This document shows, piece after piece, positions 1 through 12,430 of a stretch of DNA of 64,000 nucleotides; positions within the stretch are counted from its first letter, which is position 1, and each line of letters starts with the position of its first letter. The notes below the pieces were generated by a model. The model was not told the origin of the DNA and did no database searches. It worked only from the letters and a program-made list of their open reading frames with translations. A program made the position numbers and the translations under genes. The DNA comes from Lama glama (lineage: Eukaryota): positions 24,554,001-24,618,000 of the forward strand of contig CM052832.1 in assembly GCA_028534125.1 (NCBI GenBank). The letters are read 5' to 3'.

Positions 1-77
1 CCCCCTTCGCTATTTATAATACTTAGCACAGCCTGCCTGATAGTGTAGTTCGCTGTGTGTTTCAGCAGAAAAGGGCA

Positions 78-265
78 GCCCAGGATGCTGGTTAGCCGTG
101 CAGGCGCTGGCCTGAGCCTGCCTGGGTTCGAATCCCCCTTTCCTAGGCCATCCACCAGCGCTGTAGCTGGGGTAAGTACTTAGCCCCTCTGTCTAGTTTC
201 CTCATTTGCAAATGTGGCTTACTAATAGCTCCCTCCCAAAGGCGTTGTGGGGGTTACATGAAGGA
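78..265 (+). mobile_element. MIR SINE
   Basis: ctgcctgggttcgaatccc followed by the MIR core agtttcctcatttgcaaatgtgg and gttgtgggggttacatga. Confidence 0.8.
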
Positions 266-962
266 ACAGCTCCTACCGCTGTGGGTCAGCCTTCAGTACT
301 GCTATGACGGCGTCTTATTCATGCCTTTAGCCCTCGCAGCTGTACTTCACACGAAGACCCAACCCATACGTGTCAAACCAGTTCAGGTACATTTAGCCAT
401 ATAAGTCCCGTTCACTTGAGTCAGCTGAATATTTCAGAGTACAGCACACCTCCCCTCCCACAGCCCCATCCCTCCAGTCACTGAAAGTCTGTGAGGAATC
501 AGAATATTTGAGAACAGTGTCAGAGCCTCGAGGAAAACATCTCCTATCGTGTTGATATGTCTGCTTTCTCTTTCGGGTGCAAACGCTTAGCAGAGCCCGA
601 TGATAAGGCGTGTAGACGTATGTGGCAGTATTTTGCAGGAATTGAATGAAAGAATAGAGGTTTCCCCTGCCTGAATGTTTCCATCCCAGTTTCTAGGGCT
701 CAGTGTGCTGAACACTGGAGGAGTTGAGGGCACTAGGAAAATGGAGCCCTTGAAGGTCTACTCAGGCTTTAGAAGCATTTATAGCAAATCAGATGGATGA
801 AAGCATGAAAAAATTCAGAATTGAGAACCACTTTTTTTTAGTCTTTGTAATAATACTGTGTGTGAGAGAGTGTGTTCGAGTGTATGTGTGTGGTTAACTT
901 TCATGCAAAGAACAAGAGGATATCTCCACTTGGAACCAGCCCATCTTAGATAAAGCTTATCT

Positions 963-1164
963 TGGTGGTTTTGATCTTGCACTCCTGAGAGACACTGGGC
1001 AATGTCTGGAGACATTTTTGGTTGTCACAACTGGGGAGGTGATACCAGCGCGAGGGAGGAGAGACCAGGGGTGCTGTTCAACATGCATAACGCACAGAAC
1101 AACCCCCATGACAAGAGGATTATCCGGTACAAAACGTCAGTAGCGCTGAGGTTGAGAAACCTGG
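963..1164 (+). mobile_element. MER20 hAT-Charlie DNA transposon
   Basis: ggcaatgtctggagacatttttggttgtcacaactgggg and the terminus gctgaggttgagaaacc match the MER20 consensus. Confidence 0.9.
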
Positions 1165-1620
1165 TTCACTTTAACCTAAAAAGAACAATGAGAATTGCCG
1201 GGGAAGAATGTCTGCTCCATCTGCCCTGGGAAAGAGCCCCAAGGAGCTCCGCCTCCAGATCCAGACCAGGCACCTCTGCAGAATCCCTCCTGCTCTTCCT
1301 TCCCAGTAAATCCAGTCCACGGGGACAGGCGCTATGGGGAGAGAAGGGCTCCTTCTGACTCTGTCCTTTGCTGGCAGGTTAGTTCTGGTCCCTTAATCTC
1401 AATCCTGCCTTAGATTTGAGTTTTTGCCTCCAGTTTCTGAGTTGTAGAGTTCCATGAGACAAGATAGGGCAGGAGGAGGCTGGTGGAGGGAGGGGGAAGG
1501 AAGAAAGCAAAAAAAAAACAAAAGAAAAGAGAGACAGAGATACACAAATGGAGACTGGCTTGGTGTAATGGTCCTGGAGATTTCAGCTAGAGGTTTTGCT
1601 ATCAGTGTCTCTCCATCCTT

Positions 1621-1646
1621 CACACACACACACACACACACACACA
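1621..1646. repeat. (CA)13 microsatellite followed by (CAC)n
   Basis: Directly visible. Confidence 0.95.
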
Positions 1647-3010
1647 GCACCACCACCACATGCAGACCAGGTGGCTCCTGCTTACATACATGGCTTGGCG
1701 CTTTTACTCTTTGGCTAAGACCACTTCACACATGAACAACACAGCCTCCTCCCAGAGATTTGTCATCCATCTGCTTGCAGAAGGGCTGTCTGTTTCCCTC
1801 TGAAAACTGGTCCAATCAACATTTTCCTTTGGCCAGAGTAGCTTACCAGCAGCTCCTCCATAAGGTCCATAATTGCAGTGTCTCATTCTCATTTGCCTGG
1901 CTGGCTTCACCCTTCTGTCCTCTCTGTGTCTCCCCCCACCCTCAGCCCTCCCCTTTCCTGTTAAGAAGCCCTGTCAGAGTGAATGACAGAATCAACTTCC
2001 TTTCCCCTAAACGGCTCATTAGTCATAACTTTCAAGCAATATTGCTTTCTGTCCTTACAAGGTTCGCAGATCCCCCCGACACACATGATCCCCTTTCAGA
2101 GTGAGATAGTGGATGGGTGCCTTGCCTCTTGCTCTCTCTGAGCTGTAGCAGTATTGTGGGCAAATATGCCACAGAGTCTTTCCTGGTGGTCTGCTCCAGC
2201 CTGTCTTTTCCCATATGCTTGCGGCAGACCGTGGTTAATATCAGTCTGTGAGCATCTTGAGGCTGGCTCTGAAGTCTGACTCCAGGGTCATCATGCCGAT
2301 ATGGTGCACACTGCCTCCTCATTCCGGAACACGGGGTCCTCTCTCACTGGCAAATCAGGTGTGGGATGTGGACCCCTAACTCTGCTGTTGCAACCACGTT
2401 TGTGGTTGAGCGAGAGGAAGCTTGTGATGGGAACGGGAGGGACCTTCTCCTGAATGACTTCTCATTCCTTAATTTTGAAAAAGCAAGTAACACAAGAAGG
2501 GACGGATATCGTGACAACCAAAAAGTAAATCTAGTAATAAACTCTTTGGTATTTACAAGGTACATGTCCAATCGGACACCTTAGGAACCCAGATTACAAT
2601 GGGAAAGGCTTATAAAAACATCTGAAATCTGCGGTTTTAAAGGGGAAAAGAACACCTGAAGGATGATTTAAGAAGATATGGAAAATCTGCAGAACCCAAG
2701 GAGTGAAAATTATGCTTTTCTGTGGCTCACTACTGGGTAACCTGGACCTATAGCTGACTTTGTATTCCAGATTAATGTATTTGAAGCTTTTCTAGGTAGT
2801 AAGTTAAGGGGTACACACAGGAAGCACTCCAATCCTCAGACTTGTGGATTAACAGGTGAAATATTATTCAGAGATTGGTGTGTGATTGGAAAGGTCATCC
2901 CCTGACCCCAGGCCCTGTCGTGAATTATCCCTTCATTAAAAATGAATTTTAGAGTTCCTTCTCCAAAATTTGCTACCCAAATCAGATCCAAGGTCATGTG
3001 ACAGGGCTGT

Positions 3011-3128
3011 TCTTTTTATTGAGATGTAATTGACATGTAACTGTGTAAGTTGAACATACGTGTGTTGATTTGATATGTTTACATATTGCAGCATGACTGC
3101 CACCGTAGTGTTAGCTAACACGTCTGTC
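3011..3128 (-). mobile_element. L1 3'-end fragment (L1MA-like)
   Basis: tttttattgagatgtaattgacatgtaac...tgatttgatatgtttacatattgc...gttagctaacac resembles the antisense L1 3' terminus. Confidence 0.7.
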
Positions 3129-5904
3129 AGAAAGAGGAGCGAGAACAGGAGCTATGGTGACACCAGGTAGGTGTCGGGGAGAGGTGTGATCTGTGCTTTG
3201 GTGTGAACAGCGTCGCTCGCCCCCACTCGCTCTGCACGGCCCCCTCCCGCTCACCCGCGCTGTGAGCCCGCTGAAGCTCTCTGTTGGCAGAAACATCCAC
3301 TCTGCGTCGCCAGAGCGCTTGTGTGTGTGATAGTTCTTGATGCAGAGGCTACCCCCGCCTCATACCGGGTGGCTCTCTCTGAGGACAGCCGTTGGCAGCA
3401 AGTCGAGGCAGCTCTGCTCCAGCTTGGAACGAGTAGGTGTATGACATCGCCGATCTTTTTTGCACCCAGAGGCAAAAACACAAACCTGTGTATATCCTGT
3501 GTAAGCGCCGTCTTCGCGGTGGGTGCTGCGATTGGGGTATTAGAAGAAATACCTGTGCGGTGGCCACGAACTGGGCTGAAAGGTCAATCTTGGCTAAACC
3601 TTACTGCTTTCCTTGTTTATTTCCATAGAAAACTATCATCAGTTTGGAACTTAAATGTGGTGCGTTTGAATTTGTCATAGTGAGGGTGTCCTGATTCCTG
3701 CCTGGGTGCACAGGAACGTGTGCATGTGTGTGCACACTCAACGCCCCGCCCCCGCATACTTCTGAAGCTTTGTGTGTGTCTGCCCTGCCTCCCCCCAAGG
3801 GGGCCTGGGGATGACCTTATACAGTGGGAGGCAGCCTAGTGTGTAAAGCTTTTCACATTCAAAATATTTTTGAAAAATGCCCCTTCAGAAGAAAAGGAAA
3901 GACTCCAACCCACAAAAGTCTGAGCATTTGTACGTTCCTTTCCGTCTCCTGGTCTCAGAGCTGCACCAATGCGTTATTTAAAAATGACGTATTTCAGTTA
4001 TTATTTCTCCAAGGAGGGATGGACAGATGTAACTGGGAGTGCAGTACATGGTCTTGCTTCGTACTTTCTCTTCTGTGTCCTTGCCTCTGTTGAAATGACA
4101 CTGCTGATTGATATGTGGGTGACGTGTGCTGTGTTCCTCTTACTTTGAATAGTCTCACCCTCAGATGCACGCAAACTTCTGTCTTCTGACACCGTATCAG
4201 AGAAAAACCTAAGGTAGGAAGGCCAGAAACAACAGTTGTGAAAAAGCTCATGCTACCCTGGCAGCTTGAGTTGGATGAACCTAGTACAAAACCAGCCCCT
4301 CTCCTAACGTGCTTCTACTGAATTCCAGCTGGGAACCTTATGGTTTCACGTGCAAATCAAAAAGAGGAACGCTGGTACCCAGCCAGAGCGTTTTTTTTTT
4401 TTAATGCCATAAGCCAGTAAATGTGCACATATCACATGCAAATCAGGGTCAGACAGGGTGCCAATCAGCTATGCAACTAATGAGAAATTATGCAAAATTA
4501 GATGGATTATGTACACATTTTCAGTATTTGTTTCTTTGCAGTTTAGATCTTTAATTAAGATACACAGGAGAGAGGCGCTGTCTGTAACTGTTAGATATTA
4601 TATGCCCTGGTTGTGAGGTAATAGCCTTCCAAGCTATTTTTATGGGTCACTCTATCCAGTGGCAACTTAGAATAGAAAACCATCTCCCAGCTTCCCAAAA
4701 GGAACGTCTGTTTTCTCACTTTCTAATAATTACTTCAGGTCTGAGGGTAAGGACTTGCCGCAGCGAATACAAATTAGTCAGCATCAGGGTACTACTAAAC
4801 GTGGTTTGTCTAGGTCTGAGTTTCATCCGTTTGGGGCAGAGTAGCAAGATTATTTATGGATGGCCACCTCCGTGCAGGCTGTGGAGACACACTCAGAACA
4901 CACGTGTAACTTCTGAGACCGTCTTCCTGATGCTCTAGATCGTCTAATAGCTGAGCTGCTGTTAAATAAAAACATGCAAGGATTGGGAATCATGCCCCTG
5001 CCCCGCTTCCTCAACCTCTTAAGTGATGCAGACAGTAAATGTGTTTTAATATTTATTTAGCAAGCGGGCATCCTGGGACTGTTTCTCAAGATAGCGCGTT
5101 TGCTTGAAGGTCCCCAGGGACGGTGACAGCCCTACCACCGTATCTCTAGCCACCTTCACAACACAGAAGCAGAGTGCAGCGTAGAACACTCCAACTCAAC
5201 GTTTATGGAGAACTTGGTGCCATTGTAATTTCCATTTGAGTTGAGTTATTTAGTGAGGATTTATGTAATTTGCATTGATGTGTGACTTTCTGTCATTTTA
5301 AGGGTGCATTTATGTTGCAGCAATGTATTTTCGGGCTACACAGAAGAAGCTATTATCCCTCTAAGCTGTCCTCTGTGCTTGTATCTCTCTACCCCAGAAT
5401 AAATGTGCTTCGATCATGGCCAGCTGGGCCGCGGAACACGGGCTCACCCTGTAATAGCTCCATGGAGAAGAGCATGAGTGGGTCTCTGTCTGTCAGTCTG
5501 TCACTGCCCACACACTCCCGCTGCCCTCCACTGGGAGCTGGGGGTGGGCTAGGGCAGAAAGCCTTGGAAGTCCTTCAGCTGTGTCACTGGCTTTTTCCCT
5601 CCCTCCCAGCTTAACCTCTCTTGCCCCAGTGCCTCCATGGCAGACTTCGAAATCTGCCCACCAGACACGTCCAGCTGTGCTTCCTGTATGCCTTTCCCCT
5701 CAAGGGCCCCCTGTGCACCCTTGGTTGCCATATTTACTGATTTCTCCTAAGAATGTGGTCCAGCTCACTCAGACCTCTGAGAATGGCCTCCATGAGGTCC
5801 TCTCCTGTGCTCACCACCACATCCTGCCATGCAGGAGAATATCCCTTTTGTTGCAAGCCATTTGGACATTTTGTTTCATTCATTCTAAATACTATTTAAA
5901 AAAT

Positions 5905-5990
5905 TACAGTGGTGATCACTTTGTAATGTATAAAAATATTGAATCGCTACATCTGAAACTATTATGTCAATTATAATTCTATTAAAAAGT
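5905..5990 (+). mobile_element. L1 3'-end fragment
   Basis: ggtgatcactttgtaatgtataaaaatattgaatc...ctgaaact...tatgtcaattata with an A-rich tail. Confidence 0.7.
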
Positions 5991-6104
5991 AATAAGATAA
6001 AAATTTATAAAATACACTTAAAATTGGACAATTATAGGGCAAGGGAGTAGATAGTAATGGGGCGATTATAAGAATAGGCTTGGTTATTAACTACAACAAT
6101 GACT

Positions 6105-6320
6105 GTAACAGATAGCATTTACTAAGCATTGGCTATGTGCCAAGCACTGTGCTAAAATATCTACAAGCATCAGCTCATCAGAAGCTCGTGACACCTGTAA
6201 GATACATGTACTCCTGTGATCCTTATTCAGTAGAAAAGGAAATGGGGACTTAGGGTGGGTGGTTACGTAACTTGAACAAAGTCATAGCTACTAAACGGAG
6301 GAGCTGTTTTGTGAAGACTA
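6105..6320 (-). mobile_element. MIR SINE
   Basis: catttactaagcattggctatgtgccaagcactgtgctaa...ggttacgtaacttgaacaaagtcatagctactaa. Confidence 0.8.
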
Positions 6321-6924
6321 ACTAGGGAAGCCTGTGTGGGTGTATCAAGCGTAAAGTCCCAGGCTGGGGACCAAACATGGAGCTTCCGCGTAGATGATGT
6401 GTGATACATTCCATCCCCTGAAACATCCTGAGATAGGAACACACTGGCCAAATTCCAGACCCTGACTGATGTTCACATCCTATGTCTAAGGAACAAGTAG
6501 AAATTTGCAATATTATTTACACTGAGTTGTTACCTATAGTTACTAGTGTTTGGAGGACTGCGTGATCAGACATCCCATTCTCATAAGTGATTCATGTGTC
6601 TCTGTTTCTTGGATTTGACACACCCGTGCCAAGTATGCAGTGGATTTCTGCACTTGCTGCTTTATTGCAAAGACCAAGCATTTCTGAAAGTGCTCTGTGG
6701 GGGGTGATAGCAGGGGAAGTTAATGTGTCTACAGAGAGAAGTACCACTTAGTTTGCACTCCTCCCTGTTCCAGTTTTGCACACTGCAAAAGCTTTTCACA
6801 GGGAATCAGGGATTCAACGTTCAGAGGAAGAAAATAATAGCACAGGGAACAATATCTACCTTGATAATGACAATAATTTGTGCAGTTGCATCTTCTACAC
6901 TTAAACAGTTCACCAGGAAGAATT

Positions 6925-7245
6925 ACTCATTAATGTTTTCATTTAATACACATTTTAAGCACCTGTTTTGTGCCAAATATCTTTTGGTAGCTTTAGGACA
7001 GTGTTCGGGTCTCAGCCTTTTGCTTACCAGAGTGATTTGAAACACGTTAATCACCCTGGCTCACTATTACTCCGTTGACTCACTCATTCATTCATTCATT
7101 TATTCACACGGTTTTTAACGTCAAGAGCCCTGAAGTTAAGGACAAATTAATGTGGAGGGCTCCTGAGAAGCTGACTTTAGAACCAGGTCTTTAAAGGAAG
7201 AATTATATTCCAAACTGGAAGACTGGAGCATCGTGTTCTAAACAT
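6925..7245 (-). mobile_element. L2 fragments including (TTCA)n tail
   Basis: catttaatacacattttaagcacctgttttgtgcca and cattcattcattcatttattca are typical L2 3' tail remnants. Confidence 0.45.
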
Positions 7246-8124
7246 AGAAGTCCTGCTTGCTCCAAATTGTCTCTTCTTGGTAACAAGCTAAAACTGAGAA
7301 ATCCCACACCAGTTGTTGCCAGTCACCCCATGCTTACGTGGTCCTGCCCTTCTGTAACAGAGTCTGTAGGTTGTCAAAAAGTGCATATTCATGTAAATTG
7401 CCGTTCCTGAATCTAATCTGACTTGAATTGATCATCATTGCTGGTCTGCCGTTCAGTGATGTGTGGAGTTTGGTTTTTCTCCTTCTGCAGAGCATGCGCT
7501 TACTTCTTTGGCCGCTGGGGCTCAGTGTGCAGGGTACCACCGCACGGAATGGCAACAGCCTTTAAGTATGAGGTGTTAATTTACGATTAGCCTTCTTAAG
7601 GACAGAGTCGTGGGTTTGTTCTCTGAACCCAAAAGGTGTCAGTCGTTTGGTAGCTAGATACAGTATTCACAAACTGCAGAGCAGAATAGGCCGTTACAAA
7701 CCAGGTGTAACTCCCTCTGTTTGTTAAAGTAGACACGTAGTCTTAATTTCCTTCTTATTCTGATTTCCCTTAAGGACTCTGGCTTAGAAATGATAGCTGG
7801 TGTTTGCTTTGCCTTCATGACAAAAAAAAAAAAAAAACCTTCCAGAAATCCCAGAAGCGTAATCTATAAACCAAACAGGGGGTAGGACCACTAATATTAG
7901 TAACAATTGAATCACGATGAGATGGACCTTTTCCTTTTAATAGTTGACCTTTCTTCTTCTTCTTCTTTTTTTAAGGTAAATTCTAGAGAATTAACAATTT
8001 GGGGCATGTGAAAGAAGCATTAAATGTTCATTTTAGAGGAAGTTGACAAGAAGATTAAAATATCAGTAGGGTAGGGCCTATTGGACCCCAGGATTTATGC
8101 CATCATATATTTAGTTATTTGCTT

Positions 8125-8300
8125 GTGTATTCATTTTTTCACTCGATACTTATTAAAACTCTATACTGTACATGGTGCTAAGCCATATTCTGCTGAGCAT
8201 ACAATAAATGAAATAGGATTTTTGCTTTCCAGAAACTAGAGGTCTGCTAGAAGAATTCAAATCATGTGCACACCCTAATACAAGGAGAAAGAGAGAGGAA
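8125..8300 (-). mobile_element. L2 3' fragment
   Basis: tcattttttcactcgatacttattaaaactctatactgtac...acaataaatgaaatagg. Confidence 0.5.
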
Positions 8301-8429
8301 CTGTGGAAGGTAGAAGGCTCTGAGATAGTGTCTGTAGAAAAATTATTTTAAAAGTTAGGGTGTACAGGATAAGTTGGAGATTTCTTTAGAAAACATCTCT
8401 CTTTTAAACAGAAGTTTATACACTGAGAG

Positions 8430-8570
8430 GAATAATAATTACAGTTGACATTTATGGAATATCTAATAGGTACCAAGCTCTATACTAAGTGCTTTTCGTG
8501 ACTGTCTCATTAAATCTGCACAACGACCTTATAAAGTAGGCATTATTCTTTCTTACATTTTACAGGTGGC
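8430..8570 (-). mobile_element. MIR SINE
   Basis: tctcattaaatctgcacaacgaccttataaagtaggcattatt...cattttacaggtg. Confidence 0.75.
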
Positions 8571-9226
8571 TCTATTGTGTGCTCCATGGATCGAGCAAAA
8601 GCTTTGTCAATATTAAAAGGCCACAGGGATAGAGGATACAAAGGGAAGTAGGTGTGTCATTTAGTATTAATTATTGGGCCAGTAAAATCTAATTCAGATT
8701 TTTTGGAGAGAAAGTCATTTTACATTAATTCAGTCTAAATTATGCAGTCTTTCTCAGAAAATAACTTGTGTTACTTTACTCCCAGACATGTAAATTATTG
8801 ACTGCAGTTTTTTTTTTCCAATTCATAAACACTGCTTTACAGAAACTAGATAATGACCATTTGTTCTGAACACACTGAATGCAAAAATGAATGCTCAAGA
8901 AAGGCTGGTATTTTTTCCTGTGAATAAATTAAACTTTAACTACAGTCCTATTTACATTACCGACTTATGTACTGGTCCTGTTTCCCTCACGGGGCATAAT
9001 TCTCCTCATTCATTTGAAGGGAAGAATAAAAATTAAAAATGTCCTCACTTTCTTTTTCCAGACTTGAGATAATTCTTGCTTCCAGAAGAGACATGGGGGG
9101 GGCCTCCCAGAACCCCATTTTGTTCCATCCTTGGAGCAGGGGGGCCCTAAACAACAACAGAACAGATGAGGTCTTTATTTTGGCTGTAACTAGGGGTGCT
9201 TTTTTCCATTAATAAAAATGTAACTT

Positions 9227-9470
9227 CAGTGGTTACCAATGGGGAGGGGGTAGTGGGGAGGGGCAAGATAGGGGTGAGGGATTAAGAGATACAGACTACT
9301 GGGTATAAAATAAATGAGCTGCAGGGAGATACTGTACAGTACAGGGAATACAGCCAACATTTTATAACAATAAATGGAGTATAACCTTTAAAAGCTGTGA
9401 CTCACTATGTTGTATACCTAAAACTTACATAACATTGTAAATCAACCATACCTCAATAAAAAAAAATAAA
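9227..9470 (+). mobile_element. 5'-truncated L1 (3' UTR plus poly-A), cetartiodactyl/laurasiatherian type
   Basis: gtggttaccaatggggaggggg...gtataaaataaat...acagggaatacagccaac...aaatcaaccatacctcaataaaaaaaa; G-rich tract, AATAAA and A tail. Confidence 0.9.
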
Positions 9471-10459
9471 ACTTTTTAAAAATTCAAAACCTTCTCACTG
9501 TCACTCCCAGAATAATTTATTTTTCCCTATTTGAGCTTAATTTGCTCATCTGCTCTTTGTAACTTATTACAGTCAAGGTCAGGGTACTCCAAGGTCAATC
9601 TATTTGCTCATTCTATATAGTGCTTCTCTAATCTCAGGTGAGATTCTGCATCCAGTGATGTAATATCTGCAACTAATTGATGAAACCTTGGAGCCAGTCA
9701 GGCACTTTTATGGTATTGTAAATAAATATCTAGAAGTCGAATTGCTGGGAAACAGCTTATGGTGGCCAATACTTTCAAACTGTATTTCAAGCTCTGTGTA
9801 CAGATTTATTACCTGTAATGAATTAGTTCCATTTTTCATTAAAAACAAAAACAAATAAAAAAACCCTAAATAAATAAAAATAAAAGCAGTAAACTGGGGA
9901 TTAAAAAAAATGTTACTTAACTGACCTTGTCTTCACCAGAAAAAGGATAAATTAAAGTTGCCACATGTGGCGTCCCAGCTTTTCCCCAGGGCTGGGGTCC
10001 TGGGAGGCAGAAACGGGCCAAGACTCAGTCCCAGATGCTTTTCTCAGCTGCTTCTGTTTCGTCCACCTGCCTCGGGGAAACGAGGACTTCGATGTTGAAA
10101 TAACTCCTCTGGAACTCCCAATTGTACAGTGAAATATTTGTGTGAAAGAGGTGGAGAGTATTGCTTGAACTGTCACCTTTCTTAGTGAAGTTGATTTCTG
10201 TGCATGACAAAAGGTTAAAGAGACGCCTGCATGAATCCATACATTCTGTTGGGGTACAAATCAGCGAGGCCTTCCGGATCAATATCTAACTTCTCTCGAA
10301 GTGATCTCCAAAATTTGAATGCAATTTTTACCTTGATTAGAAATGAAGTTTTGAGCTGGACCTTGACAAAGACATAAAAAGAAGAGTGAATTTACCTATA
10401 TGAAAGTTACATATGCCTCCTTACCAGCTGTTTTGCTGCTTAAGATGAATGAATTGGCC

Positions 10460-10575
10460 ATCTTTTAATTTCATTTAATCTTTCATATTTTACGATTCTC
10501 ATTTCTGTTGGAGAAACCAAGGCGTAAGGTAACTTGCCCGAGGACATAGTTGGTGTCCTAGGTAGGAAATTGGGT
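10460..10575 (-). mobile_element. MIR fragment
   Basis: tcatttaatc...gagaaaccaaggcgtaaggtaacttgcccgaggacatagt. Confidence 0.6.
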
Positions 10576-10837
10576 ACCTCGGAGAGTTGTTATAAAGATA
10601 TAATGAGGCTGCTGGTACAATGTTTGAGATGTGATGACATCTGCATTCTAGAATTCAGAGAGCCATCCTTTCAGTCCACTGTACTGAACACAAGCCCACA
10701 GATTGTTAAATTGGGCAATTTTATTAATTTAAGTTTAAGGAGCCAGAAAAATGGACTTACTAGGAGATGGTCCAGGCTACCAATATGTTGAGTAAAAAGG
10801 ACAAAGTTCATCACGTTCAGAGGCTTCAAACTGTGTA

Positions 10838-11449
10838 CTATTTTCAGTAAGTTGTTATCAGCTTAAGAAGGTGTTGCTGTGTTCGGATAAACACAGACTA
10901 TCTCAAATCAGGGAGGCCCAAGCGAAGGGGTTCTGCTGGGTTTAGCTCCTTATGGTTGTTGTTCGGTTGTGTTTTTAAACCAGTTTATGCTTTGTAAGCT
11001 GATAAAGCCGTGAGTACAAGTTTGAACTGCGAGAAGCGAGTTTGAATAAGTCTAGACATTTGGTTATCTTCTGTCTAGCATTCATTTGTGTCGTGGGCGT
11101 CACACTCTGGGGATTAGTGTTTCATTATGCAGAAGCTGTTTTATCTTTGGCTTCCTTATAATAGCTTAGCGTGAATTCTGAGTGGAGAGAGAATGAAGGC
11201 CAGGGCTTAGTAACTACAGGGATCCTACCAGAATGGGTTGGGTGGGTTTTTAACAGTGGCTGATAAGCATCCAAACCTCACCCTCCGATAGTTCACTTGG
11301 TTAAGTGTGTCTCGCCACCTCGTTTAATGTACAATATGCCAAAGAATTGACTAGGATTCCCTGAACCGAGAAATGAGAAGGGTGGAAGTTCGTTTCTGTA
11401 TCAAGTGTCTAACACCTGGTATAAATGATAGCCAGCAGTGAGATTATCT
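10838..11449. promoter_or_regulatory. Candidate enhancer: GATA/NKX2-5/T-box motif cluster
   Basis: 8 WGATAR sites in 595 bp; TCAAGTG (11401-11407) lies next to TAACACCT (11410-11417); no repeat recognised here. Confidence 0.4.
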
Positions 11450-11969
11450 GAGCTGTGGAAATCTCAGGGCCTGGGGGACGCCTCTGAGTACATAATCACT
11501 GCCTGGTCATGTTTTAATTAGCTCCTTTAGACTACAGAATGCAGTTCAGGGTTCATCCTCCACATTAAGCATCTCTTCTATTAAGAGTCAACATTTTATT
11601 TTCAAGACTCAGAATGGAGCAGTATGGATTTTCTTTACTCTCTGACTTTTTGAGAATGTGTTTCACTTTTAAAAAGCATACAGGAATGTAAATTAACTTG
11701 TTTGCCCAAATAACCACCTCTTTAGTATCTATTTCCTTAAGCTGCATCCTTCCAAAGGAAATCTTGGCTTCAGGCTGAGTTCAGTGGCTCATGGAAATGA
11801 GCATTGTGTCAGGTGGGCTGCTGTGTCATTGAAAAAGGCCAGACCACCATCACACACACAGGCTTTTTCTCCAGACACCAAAATGTCACGTCACCAAGGT
11901 TTAAAAAAAAAAAAGGTAATGCACCAAAGACAAAGATTGCCGATTCAGTCTCAGTATGGACTTGTCAGA

Positions 11970-12040
11970 TCATTCATTCATTGATTCTCTCACCCACTGT
12001 CTCACATTCATTCATCCATTCATTAAACGTTTGTTGTTTA
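11970..12040 (-). mobile_element. L2 tail, (TTCA)n-like
   Basis: cattcattcattga...cattcattcatccattcattaaacgtttgttg. Confidence 0.5.
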
Positions 12041-12234
12041 TGATATAACTGCTAGATATGTTTCCATTACTAGGCTCCCATTTTATGGAGATGAGCCCCT
12101 AGTACAAGAGGGTCAAACTGAGAATAAGTAGATGTGATGCCCAAGTCTGTAGCAAAAAGGATGAGTCAGGAGTCTTACCTTCTACAAAATGGACAAAACT
12201 ATATTTTGCAGCTAAAAACCAGTTTTCCCTTTTG

Positions 12235-12430
12235 AAAGGCAGTGTGGTATATGATAAGAACATTAATTTAAGAACTAGGCAGGCGTGGGTTTGAATCCTG
12301 CATCTGTAATGTACTAGCTGTGTCTTTTGAGATTCAGATTGTCTTTAAATGGAGTAATCGTTCCTACTTTGTAGGGTTTTGTGAAGATGAAGGAGAAAAC
12401 ATGTGGCGTGATGATTGGCACTTTTAAACC
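12235..12430 (+). mobile_element. MIR SINE
   Basis: aggcagtgtggtat...gggtttgaatcctg...actagctgtgt...gtagggttttgtgaagatga. Confidence 0.7.

Noticed and set aside
9241..9280. G-quadruplex motif
   Set aside because: This is the ordinary G-rich tract of the L1 3' UTR
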